From Pecten maximus (taxonomy: Eukaryota), in assembly GCF_902652985.1 (NCBI RefSeq), contig NC_047026.1:8184001-8248000 (forward strand): 64,000 nucleotides of DNA, in the 5' to 3' direction. The number at the start of each line of letters is the position of its first letter. Position 1 is the stretch's first letter. The notes beneath the pieces are model-generated. The model searched no databases. It worked only from the letters and a program-made list of their open reading frames with translations, and was not told the origin of the DNA. The position numbers and the translations under genes are program-made. Below, in pieces: positions 13,201 to 28,200 of the stretch.

Positions 13201-16200
13201 GTATCATTCGAAATCTGTATTAATAAACCAAAATATATTTTGTCAGGTGACGTACTTATCTCGGGCCATTCATTATGCTTCATTTAGTGGTTCAAACGTT
13301 TTTTTCTGCTGTAACTTTTTAGTTTCAACATTTTAATTGAAATAAATTGATATTAGATAATTTGTTCTGTGACATGGTGATGGTTATGACCGTCGAGTGA
13401 TTAAATGTCTTTCAAGTTTAATAAGACTGCTACTAAATCACTGGTTCAGTTATTACTACAGAAATGGTAATTGATTTGTTTATCTGATCCGGATTTGTTT
13501 CCCACCGGAGTCGTATTTTCTATTATATTGTTCACAGCACTTCCTTTGATTTCATTGTGGAGTTCTGGGTAAACAAATCATTTAAATCAACATTTGATAA
13601 AACGATATCGCTTGTAGCATCTGACTTTTTCTGAATCCTTTCCTAGTCGTTTGCAGAGTTTATCCAATGTATCACAGTTATCGCGAGATTGGAACACGTA
13701 ATGAAGGATACTGGACGTTCATTGGAATTGATAGTTTGTACCACGATGAGAAAACGGGTTTTCAAGTCTTGTTAAATTCAATTCAAATTAAACAGTATTT
13801 TTCAAAAAATACATTTTTCATCGTCTAGTGCATTGATTTATAACTTTTAATTTAATTGTTTTTATTCAATATTTTATGCTACTGAGAGGATAAATAGTGA
13901 CAATGAGTTTAACAAATTACACGTCATAGTTATTACATCATGGCTTGCTCATGCAGACAATGATGTGGTAAGCATCCGTATGGCTTGGACCACCACAGCG
14001 TGAGACAAATCATTTGTCTCATACGGTACCGAAACGTCATGGTGGGATTTGTCACCATCGTGTTCCACAGACATTAACTGTCATGCTATAGGAAATGTTG
14101 ATGGCAAACCAACTTTTGGCCTCAATCAGCTGTGAAGAGTCCTCGACTCTGAGGACGGTACAGCTGTATGATGTCCCTAGCATCATTTACGAGTCCTAGA
14201 TGGACAAAACAGTTGTATTATGTCCCTAACATTACTGACGAGTCCTAGAAGGACGTAACAGTTGTATGATGTCGCTAGCATCACTGACGAGTCCTAGATG
14301 GACAAAACAGCTGTATTATGTCCCTAACATTACTGGTGAGTCCTAGAAGTACGAAACAACTGTATGATGTCCCTAACATCACTGACGAGTCTTAGAAGGA
14401 CGAAACATTTGTATGTTGCGGTTTTAGTCAGTAATCGGAATATGTGTTGAAGTCCGTTGTAAACTTATTTGATACCAATATCAACTACGACAACTAGCTA
14501 AAAGGGGAATTCATCATGTGTAAAGTATATTGATTTTAGGTTAGACAGATATCACAGACTAACAATATTACCACACGTTTATTAACCCGCTATTTAACCC
14601 CTATATAAAACTAGTTTCCATCCAGCCGTAAACAAAACCTAACTTCACACGTGATTACAGATCCGGCGGGAAACAATGAGCTTATCTTATATTCGACAAT
14701 AGGCTTCTGTCGGGAGCTAATGCTATGATTGACCCATGACACTTTATCGTGGTAAAGGTAGATCTAACGATTCACGGATCGCCAGTAACAATTTAGCTCG
14801 TGTTTCCACCTGACAATAACATGTTGATTGGATTTCGACTTGTTGAATGATTATGATTTATCCATTCTGTTTGTTCGTGTTTACAAGGACATACTCGTGG
14901 TTAAGACACCTCTCTGGCTCTTTGTTATCTGTTTAGCTTTGTCTGTTCGTGTGTACATAGACATACTTGTGATTTAGTCGTCTCCTCAGGGTTCCTGCTG
15001 TAATTGTTCTGTATCTGGGTTTACTCAGTTTTACACAGAAATTCTCGTGGATGAAGAGTAGCGACACCCCGGCCACTTCCGGTAATCTGTCTGGTTGTGT
15101 TAACACCAAACACCTATAAACGTTTAAATTTGGCACATTCTTAGTTTAGCGCATAAATAAATAGAAACCAATAAGCGCAATGATGAATCAGCGCATTCAA
15201 ATGCTTGCCATAAGAAAAAAATATAAATCAATTGTCATTGGCGTAATCATCAATTAGCGGAATATTTTCAGCGAGAAAACCGCTAGAATAAGATTGCCGC
15301 TAAAATTCGTCCGTTTACAGTATTCGTATAGAAGACCTACTCATGTAGTTATTTTCTAAAACTCCACCTCTAGTCGTTTCCCTTGGGTTCCTGCTGTGGA
15401 TATTTTGTAAGTTTTGCACCGTTTTTTAGTTCATGTTTACAATTGATAATTGAACATGTCAACATATTCTTTTGTTGTAAATCTCCATCTAAATATGACA
15501 ATCGGACGTAGTTATCTCATAAAAGATGTATTGAAGTCATATTTATATCTATAAACAATTTGCTCCATTTTATTTTGCTTCATTTATTTTGAGTCTGAGA
15601 CTACAAGCCACCTGCTTCTTTAACCATTGATATCGAACCTGTTTAGGGTTATAGATATGTTCATTATTATGAAAGATCAATAGACCTTTACAATTTCTCC
15701 GCGACCTCAGCTCAACACATTCTGGCCAATGTACATGTAGGTGCCTTCAAATCACTTTGCTTACCTTTTCACCCTAAAGTAGAAAACCAATTATGTTTAA
15801 CAAAAGACTCATCATATGTAATTTACGCTTTTGTAATCTGAGATACTTAGACCTTATCTTTGCCTTTTGTAAAAATACACCTCTGTCATTTTATAGATTA
15901 AAGAATGACTAAATGAATGAAGTTTTATTTGCGACAAATAAACTTGAGGCTCTTGAATTATATGTATGATGATTTACCACAGTAGCTATGAAGAAAAACA
16001 TGTATAACATATGAAAATTAAACATGATTGGTGATACATGTATCCTTTGTGTATAATGGTTCGTTAGCATTCCCTCTCGTATTTGAAGTGTGACAGTTTT
16101 CTTTTCGAGCCACATCATTCGACCTGTCAATCATTGAGCTAATACAGCTATATCGCTTTTATTAAGATATATTTCATTTTATTTGATTATACAATAGAAT

Positions 16201-19200
16201 TTAAACATACGTTTAGCTAGTGTTATATTAGAGTAATCCCTCTTTGAAACTTTGAAAAGTAAACTAAAAACATCGGAGTTATCATACTATTAGTATATAT
16301 ATATAATATAATGTATATATGTATCATTTTCGTGAATATCATATATTTGATAATAATTTTCTGAGAAACCTCTTTTATGAAAAAAAATCAGTTTGTTCGA
16401 ATTCACTTCATTTCTGGTCGTAAACTATATTGAAGTCGATGAACGCATACTTCAGTATAAAAGGTTGTCAATATTGTTTTTAATTGAACAAATTTACATT
16501 TATATTTAAAAGGACCCGTCATCAAGTGCAGGTAATTATCATCATGCTGTTGGAGCAAATACAATATGGTGGTCCATTTTACTAATCAATTTTTCTGAAT
16601 GTTTGTTTGTCTGGGTCTTGTCAAAGCTTGTGAAGAAATGATAACGCTGCGCAGATCTTTGCGCATGTTTCCATTTCAACAGTGTTGACACAATACCCTT
16701 GGTTAAACATGCAGTGCTATCATGCTGATAGATTCGATTATGCAATAAATTTGATTCAAAGACTTGTAAATTGTATGGGATTTGTGATGGTCCAGAGGAG
16801 GGAGTTCCTGTAAATTTATTGGACTATTGACGAATTGATGCTCTGAAATAGAGGACTTTGTTGAACTGGTGATGCGCTGAGGGTCCCAACATGTCAATTA
16901 ATATTGTACACCAAAACTCACTTATCGACGATTTCCTTATTTTTGTTTTAGAAAAATAATGATTTTGTTTGTTCTTAATCATTTATAACTTGTATCGGGA
17001 ATTAGATTGCAATTGAATAAATCGACAATAGGCAGTCGTGTGTGGTCATCTGTAACCTTTCCCCGTAAAATTCGGGTCGACCTTTTGGCTATGTCTGTAT
17101 ATACATTAAACATGAAATAGACAGCATACACAGATTTCGTCTTTCTCGTGCAGGGATACATAAAGACAACAGAAATATTCTAATGTTTTGTTAGATTTGG
17201 TTTGTTCAATTAATTGAAATTGATTATCATGATATCTCCCGCAGTTTCAGATTATTATTAACAATCCCACCGCCGCCACCACCAGGTGATCTCATTTATT
17301 TGTGTTAATCCTTTAGCTGCCAGTGTCGATAAGAGTTGCAGGTTTAATATTCATCATCTGATTTGTTTTCGACGAGAGTTTTATCACCAATCAGAAAATA
17401 ATTGATTGCATCCAGATTGTTTCTAAAATGTCAAGAGATTAGTTTCAATTAAAGGATTTGCAACAATCGCACGAGTGTTTGGGAATATCACAGATTAGGT
17501 TATGTTTGGGCCCTGTAATTATAGTGCATATTCATGTATTAGATTGATATGATGATGATAGAACATTATCGCATTAATAGACTTACCAATGACCAATTAC
17601 ACGGATACGACTGGTATAGCATTCACTCTGCTCTATGTATAAACCTTACATGTTCACTATTCTGTTTATAGTAAATGTCAGATTCACTTTAGACAAAACG
17701 GTTCAGGATGCGGATTCACGTTATGTTTACTTAAGGCTGGTGATGAATAGCCTAAAACATCTTTAACATTTGACATATCTCCGTAAAATTGTCGGAAATG
17801 AGCCAAACTCCATAAATGGACACTATTATGCCTCTACTTATATACTTAAACGTCAGAACTGACCTCACCCATATATAGACCATCTTACCGGGTAAAAGTA
17901 TTTGATTGGTCAAAACATGTTACAGTAAAGCCATATATATATAGCTAAGCGTTCTGTAAACGAGCTAATGACACAGTATACATGAGTAACATACTTTTAT
18001 GGGGTTATTGCCCCTTTAATAATATATCCGGTTATTTTTACAGATCATAGATTAATAGACATTAATCATGTATTGATTACAAACCTAGCTAGCTATGTAC
18101 TGCAAAGTTATAGCAAAGCTATTTTCAAGTGGTCTATTTTTAACTTTATTCAGGGGATAATTATTTCGCTATATTTAAAACGGTAATGTTTTCGCTATTT
18201 TCAAATGTTCAAGGAGTTTTTTTCGCTATTTTGGGGGCTAAAACAGAGAAAAACAACAAAAATAAAACACTGAAATAACGGCAAGGTAAAATATCCATTG
18301 GTATTCCTTTAAATTTATGTTAAAGACGCGAAATCTCAAACTATCATAAACCAATGTTAACATTATACAGATGTAATAAAACTTAATTCCAAAAGAAAAA
18401 CGCTCGGCTTGATTCCACACAAACACACCAGGTAGGCTTAACCCCAACTAATAGTCTAGCATGTCCTTGTGATTTTACTGATATACTCGGCTTCACAAAT
18501 AAACAATGGTGTACAAAACCCCCGGTACCTTTTGTTCTCCGGTTCATTGATTTTACATAGGTTATAATGTTAGTATGAAAGACTGTGTGACGTTGTATTT
18601 ATGCTTTATTTATTTACATACTTTGTTTTGCTAGGATGCAGCTGAGGAGCTTTTTAAACGAACATTAATGTTCGGTTATTGTGATCAAGAACTGGACTGA
18701 GAAATATAACCATATATGGTAGCCACATTCACCAATACGCCATCTACTGTCTGTTTCAATGAAATATGGCTGCCCCCATTGCCTTACGCTTCAAATAATT
18801 TACTTGCAAAAACATCTTCGTTTTATATAGTAGTTTTACCGAAAAGGTTGAAATGTATTCAGTAGGTGTTTTCAAGATGCATACGATTTGAGAAATGCAT
18901 AACTCTAGCGAAATGAAAAGACTAAATGAACCTGAACTTTGCGAATAACTCCGGTCCAGGTCAATATATTTATGTTAACAACTATTGCGCAGGCGCATTC
19001 GTCTCCGGATGTTTAGAAAGTTTTGCTCTTCTGTGTTCTTTCCAAAACGGCTGACATTATAGCATAGGTCTGCAAATTTGTCCGCGATTTACTTAAATGT
19101 GTAATATATATATTCTAGTTATTTGGTGTTATTGTAATTGCGCACATGCGTTGGATGTCATATACATAAATGAATGGAAAGAACATGTACAATATATTTA

Positions 19201-22200
19201 TTTCTTTCCATCCAAATCATCACAAAGTTGTTTTTTTACGGATATTAAGACTTTTTGTATTCCAAAGGAGAGCTAACGTGTACACTGATACTTATTCAAC
19301 GTACCATTTATTTCGATAGCCAACACTAATACTCACATTAAGGCGTTGACCCGCATATACATAAACTATCACCATCAAAACAAACCGGTATACTGTATCC
19401 TCCTGTCCTGATAACTTTGTATTTTTTACAAAATTTAATCATATACTGGGTTTGTGGCCACGGGACCAAGTCTCTGGAAGGTAACATCTCTAATTTATTA
19501 CTTCTTGACAGAATTGTTGCTGGTAAACTCCGAGTAAACATGAGCTCACAGTACACGCTCTCGTCTTGAATAGCCTGCTTGACTTTGGTTTATTGTTTTA
19601 GGAAAGGCTCGATCTATTTCAGGCCTTGTGTGTGATTGTAAAGCCTTTTATTCCAAACCCTTATGGTTTTTAATCAAGGAATGAGTTTGTCTTTGCGGTG
19701 GAGATAAACGTTGTTGTCTACCATGAATCCCTTGCGTAATCAAATAGACTCCATACACAAACCACCACTTACACAAAGCAATGTCGGCTAAGTTGTTGGC
19801 TTTTTGGTATCATAAACTTGAATACAGCTAAAAAAAGAAGGATCAAATACTGACTAATGAGCTGTTTCTACCCCTTTCACTTAGTCACACTTTGAGTTGG
19901 AAAAACCAACCTAAGAGCAGATGTCTGGAATGCTACCACCAAGAAAGGCAACATTCGGGACTATTGATTGTGCTTCAAGCGTGTTGTAATACTCACAGTG
20001 AAGACCAGTTTATGTACCAGAGGTTTATATTCTTGGATAATATAATAATGTAATAACACACTTAAGTTTTAATCTAACAATTGAAAATGACGCCTTAAGC
20101 TGTGATTTGAAGTCCTCAAAATATCAACAGAGCTACAAGTACCTTGTTAGAGCTCTAAAGATACGATGTAACGGCGGCCTGGTTAGTAGTCTCGAGAACT
20201 GGATGATTGTTTTGTCGATTGCTTTACCGAACTCCTAGCGTTGCGGTAGCCATGGGACGTGTTATATCGTTACGTTACCACACTGTTACATGCCGTATCT
20301 TGCCAGCCAAGCTTTATAGTGTTTGGTAGTATGATTAAGACCTATTAATCAGTCTGTATGTCAATATAAAACTGTTTCCTTATCGACGCTAGGTTGTATG
20401 GATGTCTTAGGGCTAACGATAACTGTTTCTCTTCATATATCTTCCCCCCTTACTTTCAATGAACTCCAAGAAGAAGGATATTTCACTTCCAGGCTAAAGT
20501 TAAGTGATCGCGTGAAGATCGAATAATCCTACTTGTTGTCTTGTTCTGTTTACAAAAAGTTAATCAGACTACTGTTCAAATGTTTAGTGGGCTTACAATC
20601 TTTCTTGAATATGTTTCGGGAATAAGGGTTGTACAAAATATACATTAAGATATCAGCACCTTTCAGTATAAATTGAGAGGTAGAAAAAGAAGGGGGAAAA
20701 ATTTTTTTTTTTAAATAATAAAACAGCTTCTAGGACTCATCAGTGATGGGAGTGATGTAACAGCCTCTTTTCACTAAGACCAAGAACATCAAAATACCAG
20801 AGCCTTATAGTTATGAAAAAGGCATCCTGGAAATCGAGATAAATATAAATTCAAATATAAATATAAATATAAAAAGTATAAATTTCAAGGGATGCATAAG
20901 ATTTGATTTGGTTGCTAGAATGCATCCAAGCTATTCCCTATGATAGGGTTTCCACACAAGTCATTTCTTACAACTTATAATGAGTTCGTAACATTAGTCA
21001 TATAGTGGCAGTCATATTCTCCGAACTACAAAAATGTCTTTATTAGATAAAATAATACACGTTCAGATAATTACAACGTAACAAGTTGTTTCGAGGATAT
21101 TCACTGTATATCTCGTTATTTCTCGTTATGTTTAAAATGAAATGGGTATAAAAAAGCATATCGTTATAATGTTAACTATGCTACACCGTTTACATTTCAT
21201 GTTGAATCTGATAGACATTTACAACAGAAAGTAGTTCATTGTTAGTGAGATTGACACACCAACCGGAAACACGTACTGGATGCTGAGTAAAAGAAACATC
21301 ACCGGTGACATGTGTTTCCGGATTCCACCGAGAACGAAGTAATTGAATAAGAATCAGACCCGAAATTTCCGGAGATGAAGTGACAATGACGTCTGTAAAA
21401 CATCACAAGTTGTCTCGAATGAAACAGGATTGATAGACATAAGGAAGATCGAGTCAACGGTTAACTACAGACTGATTTAGATACGTGACTTCAAGTCGGT
21501 TTCAATACATTTTAGATACAAATATTGTTATCGTTAAATGTTATTCCAAGGTAAGAAAGCCTGAAATGGCGAAGATGGAGTTCTGAAGCTTGCGTGATAT
21601 AGAGCAAGAAACACTGGGCGTATTGTGATGTTTTGGGTGTAAAATCTGTAGCTGGGTAGATTGACCAAAAGAGTGGGACATACAGGTAATCTTACCAACG
21701 AGTTGCATTAAGCGATATCATATAGGGTCAGAAAGGTGTGGAAATGATGGAAATGGATTCCTATAGGGTTAAAAGCTTAAGGTCAGATAGGATGAAATTG
21801 GATGATGAGGTAAAATGAAAGTACTGATCATTTGAATGGAGATGAGACGCACAAATCTGGTAGATACATGCTGGAGTAGACAGAAGGAAAAAAGGGAATA
21901 GTTAAAGGCAAAGGATTAAGCATTATCTAGTAGGTAGGGAAAAGCCAAAATGACCCAGACAATGGCAGGAAATATTGAACAAAAGATGAAGATAACGAGA
22001 AACTAGAGTTAGGTGTGAAAGGAGTTTGTGATGTCTGGAGAGATGGTTTCCTAACTTGATGTGTATTGGCGACCACACATATGACCTAGTGTCAGAACAG
22101 CATTAGTACGCTCCAACGACCTCACAAACAGGCCCATAGCCTTGTGTGGTTTAGTCATACATTTATGGAATACTGTCGATCGTAATCAGTTATTTGTCAA

Positions 22201-25200
22201 CCAAGCATCTCAAGCGTAAATAACTGGGACATCGATATAACATTTTACTGTGGCCGACTTTCTACTGCTATTCTGCCATGAACTGGTGTAAAAACAACAC
22301 TAATTGACCTAATACACTATTTGGATCATGATCACTTCACGAGCGCGATCCGTATACATTGTGGATCGGGATAATCTTTATTGAATCACTCCGCCACGTA
22401 CAGTCACACATACATTCTCTGCTCCAGCACTCTCATAACAGAAGTGAGTTAGTCATGGATTTTGTCATCGATGGAGCATTTCTTACATTTATGTAAACTT
22501 TGTATCACGTTAACATTTCGCAGATAATTACACTTTAATTTAGAAGCGACTGAGACAATACTCAAACGTGGATTTTTAAGTCCATTTTGATGGATGTTTA
22601 GGAACCACGGAACCAAATGATTTTCCATAGATGATAATGTTAACGTTTACAACTGTCCTGCCTAAATGGAGTTTTCAACACTGGTCCACTAGCCATAATT
22701 TTAAAGAATGTCATCTCGGAAACCTGTAAATATAATGATTAGAAATTCTACCTATTTGAACTTTTTTTATATGGTGGCCACCATCTTGTATTGAATTCAG
22801 CACCAAAAATTCACCCAAATTTGATTAGTTCTGAAAATGTACATTGTATGTTGTCGGAATCATATGGACAGTAAATAATTAAAAAAAGAACAACTAAAGA
22901 TCACTAATGGTGCAGGCCATGTAGCTGTCATGATCAATGATATAAAACTCAGTGCAAACGCACAAACTCATCGCTCCAATCATTATAAAATATACACTCT
23001 AAGTAATAGCGATATTCTTTATAGCGTACCAATTTTCTGTTGGAGTGTGATGGAGCGTGACGAAATCAACATGCCAACACGAATGAATGAGTAAATAACT
23101 CGGAGTAAATAGATTTGTATTGGAGCACGTCCAATGACTTTGATTTTAATTTAAATTCTTTTATTGACAATTGATCGGCATTAGGATTAAATTACGTCGT
23201 GATATTTGGATTAGCTGATCGAATACTACTGTGATTTTCAAGGGGATTGATTCAGTAATAGTATGGTTGTATGCATATAGGCAAACTAGGTACATTTATT
23301 CTCAAAAGTCATTACGGATCTCCTCATTCCCTCCACCTCCTCCATCTCCCCCAACTCAGTAAAATGAGACGCTGTGTAATCACTTTAGCCATGAGTCCGT
23401 ACAATACTTGTGTTCAAGATATCTTAACCCCTGGATATTAGTGTTTCATGTTCACACCATACTATTTCAGTGTCAAGTTCTAGGCCAGGTTAGATTAGGT
23501 CATCAGTCAAGGTCAAAGGTCGCTCGTGATTTTTCACGAACTTGGTATATTTTATTGATAAGTAGGGTAGGGTATATATATATGTGTGGAACCTTAACTC
23601 GTTTTGCTTCACTTTGAGGACATCTCGTTATTTTACCTAGATTTATATGTCAAGTGACTTCGGTAAAACAGAAGACGCTCAACCTTCTGATACATCTTAT
23701 CTTGTTCTCTTGGAACCCTTTTAATCTTTCCTCGTATTATCGATTTATAGACCCATCCACGCAGGCGCAGTGGTCCAGTAGTAGGACACATGGCTATGTG
23801 ACCGACGGATTGCTAGTTCGAGTCCCGACAGGGGCGCTGTGTTGTATCCATTACGTTCCAGTTGATTCACCTATAAATGAGAACATAGTAGGGCAGTAGA
23901 AGACATGTCGTTTGTAAGCTGTAACGCCGAAATGGCAGCTCCGGCTGTTTGCTCCCCATGGATTTGAAAAAGACATTGGCTTGTTGCTAAAGGCCAAATA
24001 ATCATGGATTATAATTTGTGAACCACACTGAGATGGATTTCTTGCTGTAATATAACGATATAGTATAACAGTTATTATTATGAGTTTAAAAAACAATAAT
24101 GAAACAATAGGAAAGCGAAACAGCCATTTGCATTGAGACCTTGAAAGTTGATCAGGAGAGTATGACCAGGTGTTTTGGAATAACACTTCTGTTTACATTT
24201 TCTATTGCTTTGTTGTTTATGTCCACACAGGTTTCATTGTTTATTCACACACTACCTGTATGTATCTTGTTTTGAAGTATGATGTGATATTGTTCAGGCT
24301 ATCAATACTTGTGTTTTGGTGAATCAACAGTCGTATGTTGTAGGCGACTTTTCATCAAACACAATTTGTATCAATAAAATTGTGATCGGAGAACATTAAT
24401 TTTTTGAATTTTTTCTTTTTTATTACGTTACCTTGAACAAAAATAATGGAGATTGACTGTTTCAAATATATATAGATATAGTGCTTGAAGTGGACCAGTT
24501 TAAGTGACATCAATAGGGGTTATACCAGATTTATAAATGATTAATCACCTTACTCGGTGAACGGAAGTTAGACTGCATAGTAAATGTGGGATGGAGTGTT
24601 GTGATAACACATTTAAAGAAAAAACAAACGTGTTGTCAAGATGAATTAATTATCCACTTCCTGTTTAACAGGAAGTTCAACATACATCATCTTGCACGCC
24701 ATTTTTTTCTTTGATACCTCCGCGACAAACCTGGCGTAATGGATTACAGCTGTGTGTTGTCCAACAGTAGCTTTACAATTTAATTCAAACACCACGCGCG
24801 GTCGATATCAATCGCAAACATAAAGTTCAATGTAACTTTGCTGGCTGGGGAATTAATTATTTCGTCTTTAAACTGAGACTAATCTGCCCCGGTCTTTTAT
24901 TCTTTCCTCCTCCGATCGATTTTAAGTGAAGTCCTATGTAGATATATATGTTTGTTCCTTTTTAAAGTGACAATGTCGTGGTAGGCGTGCTGGAAACTCC
25001 ACATGATAGATAACTGTTGGAATAGGATCGTGAAGCACCCCATGGTTTACCTTCCCAGAAGTCTATAACAGACTATACAACTGGTAGTTATTGTAAAACA
25101 TTTCCTATACCAATCCTTCCTTACCATGCTGCCTGTAGATGGATGTATTGACCTTTCCCGAAATTTTCAAACAGCCATACTGGGGAAATGTAAGAAGTAA

Positions 25201-28200
25201 CATGGATTGAACATATACCAGATTCCTCCAATCACTATAGTTAACTTGATGATGGCTGTTTTGCCAGTTTCTTGCGTTGTATATGAAATACGGTTGTGTT
25301 TCATTTATATGGGTGTCTGTACCTGTAATTATCTTTCTTTTTTATCTCCTTAGTTCTGTCCTTTTTGTTTTAATATCTTCTCGGTTTTGTTGTTATCTTT
25401 TGACTTTCCTTTGTTTCCTGTCTGGTTTTTTTGTTTGCTTTGTCTTCTGTCGGTTTCTATTGTTGCCTTCAACTTTTCTCTGTTTCCTCTTTGTTTTTTG
25501 TTTTTTTGTTTGCTTTGTCATCTATCGGTTTCTGTTGTTGACTTCGACTTTCCTTTGTTTTTCATTTGTTTTTTTGTTTGCTTTGTCATCTATCGGTTTC
25601 TTTTGTTGACTTCGACTTTCCTTTGTTTTTCATTTTTTTTTTTTTTTTTTGCTTTGTTATCTGTCGGTTTCTTTTGTTGTCTTTCGACTTTCCTTTGTTT
25701 CCTGTTTGCTTGTTTGTTTTTTGTTTGCTTTGTCATCTGTTGGTTTCTATTGTTGACTTCGACTTTTCTTTGTTTCCTCTTTGTTTTTTTGTTTTTGTTT
25801 GCTTTGTCATCTATTTGTTCCTATTGTCGACTTTACACTTGTGTTTCTCTCTTTCTGGAATTTCAAACTTTGATTCCACGTTATGATTATCTCACTCTGT
25901 TCGGGTTTGTTGTTATATCCGAGTCGTAACCATACAGCACAAGATTCCACATCAGAGTGTTAAATTTAGGTTGTAATGACATATTTTAAAGTCATTAACA
26001 GTTGAACGACCAAGGTTTATTGGCGTGATATTGCCTTGTTATGTGTTACAATAGGTCGGTCGTTCACTCAGAAAGCTAAAACAACTTGCTACTTGAATCC
26101 AGAACCACATCTATATTTTCAGTATACAAGTCTCTTGTGGTCGAAGTGACATTTTTACAGTCAAATTCGCAGCTGGCGCTGTTGGATTGATATACAAAGG
26201 CTGAGCTCATCAGCCACAGATCAGCTGGAAGTCGAATGTTGTGTAAAACATCTCCATGACAACGAGCAATCATATACGTAACGTCAACCTAATTTGAATT
26301 CATGTTTCTTCTCAATGTGATCAGGCAACTATCTGAATATAAACGGATTTGCTGGTAATAAATGGCCAAGTTTTATATACATCGTATGTATATACATTTA
26401 TTTTGTATGTCGTGTGTGTGTGTGTATATGGTTATAATTTCTATTTATTCTCATTCGGACACGGTACGCTTCTATCTTAATGTTATACGTAAACAAAAGA
26501 CGTCACCGAGGTGACGTCACGATAACAAAGTTAATATGTCTTTTTTAAAGTGATTTAAATACTGAACAAAAGTGTCAACATCAGGCAAAGGCATACTTTA
26601 CCTTCATTGAATAAGTCATTGTTGACCAGGAGATAATCGGAGCTTACAAGACAGGTGTCAATACCCAGAAGACGTTCACTCTACTGAACCATCTGGTCTG
26701 AGATTTCATGTCCCTTTTAAATAGTCTCCGTTTAAATTTTCCTGTTGTTCGTGTGAACCTTCTAAAGTAGTAATTACGTCGATACAAGTCAGTATTCTAC
26801 TGTTGTTTTAAAGCAATACATCATGACAGCTGAATCACCTCCAAAGCCGAAATCATGCCAAAAACTCCTCAATATTTCTCTCAACTCTCGGGCTGGTTGA
26901 CTTGACTATAAAAAATCGGTGATGAATTACCCGATAAAAAGGCAATCACTTTTTTTTTATCCGAGGCATTTTTTAAAACGGTTACATAATCTTTCCGATG
27001 TTTATCTCCTTCCAAGCCCAATATACATGCATTATGTATAGTTTGGTCAACGATAGGCGGTCGGTCTCCTCTGCCCCGACAAGAGGAAGTATCAAAATAA
27101 AAAGATGCATGAGTTTTTAAGTCATGAGCCCTGCGTTATCTAGATGATGTCTGTCGCTAGCATTATGTTCTTTATGGAATACAGAATTAAAGAAAACCCA
27201 TTTGTTTAAGATGTATTTAACTGATGAAGCATGAATCCTCATACATATTAAAAGATCTGAGATATGTAATGGCGGATTAGGGCTGGATAACGGCACGCGA
27301 TTTTTTATCGTCACAATTTTGCTGTTGATCTATTTATATATAATATTCGATGAATAAGTAATACTTTACTATAAAAAATACAGCATAAAGATCTATAGTC
27401 CAAACACATGGCTTTAGAAGGCTCCAAAACATTTTCGTTAGGGCTATATATTTTGTTACGCACCTTTGTAATTTAATTTATTTTCCATCCGTCATTAGTT
27501 GTAAAACACTAGTAGAAAGGAAACTTTGTCGAGTTTATCAAACCATCAAAGAGAATATTATCGTAGTTAACGAAATTATATAAAACAAAATCAGTAAGTC
27601 GTGGTAATTTCCAAAACGAATGTAGGTCAACTCCGGTCCTTTCTTGATCTACTAGAAAAAAATTCCATGCAAAGCAATGTCCCCGGGAACCCTCTATAAA
27701 TCATCGGGGATTTCATTAAAACAAAGGTTATTACATGTAGTAAGAATTTCCGGGTGTGTGTGTTTTCTGCCTTTTTTCTGGTGATTTTACCTGAAGATCG
27801 AGCCAGACGGATTTATTTTCACGGAAGTTATGAAACCTGCAATGCTTTTCAAGATATGTTTTTGTGTTTTTCGCCGTTTCGTTACTTAAAACAATTTGAA
27901 AGTGAATATTTACAGATCATAGGAAAGAGGATAATGATAAACTGGTTATTAAGAGTAAATATCACTGTCGCTCTTATAATTAGGACTCTTATCTCTATTG
28001 ACGTATTATGAAATCTTACTATGTTAGAAATCATTGTTGAGAAAGCCAACCCCTATGCCATCTTATCTCTATAATACAGACAACCCGAGAATTTAAAAAC
28101 TTCCCCATAATTATCTTTGAAGGATATTGTCGTTCAACTCATTATAAAATCAGATTCCACCCTGATATCTATAATTGATATGGTATTTATACATCGAAAA

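Noticed and set aside
13185-13232. CTGATGA...GAAA hammerhead-like motif
   Set aside because: Stem II depends on G-U pairs and stem I does not pair, so it cannot be distinguished from chance.
25277-25929. Hydrophobic Phe/Leu/Cys-rich ORFs resembling membrane proteins
   Set aside because: T-rich tandem repeat in which stop codons are rare by composition.
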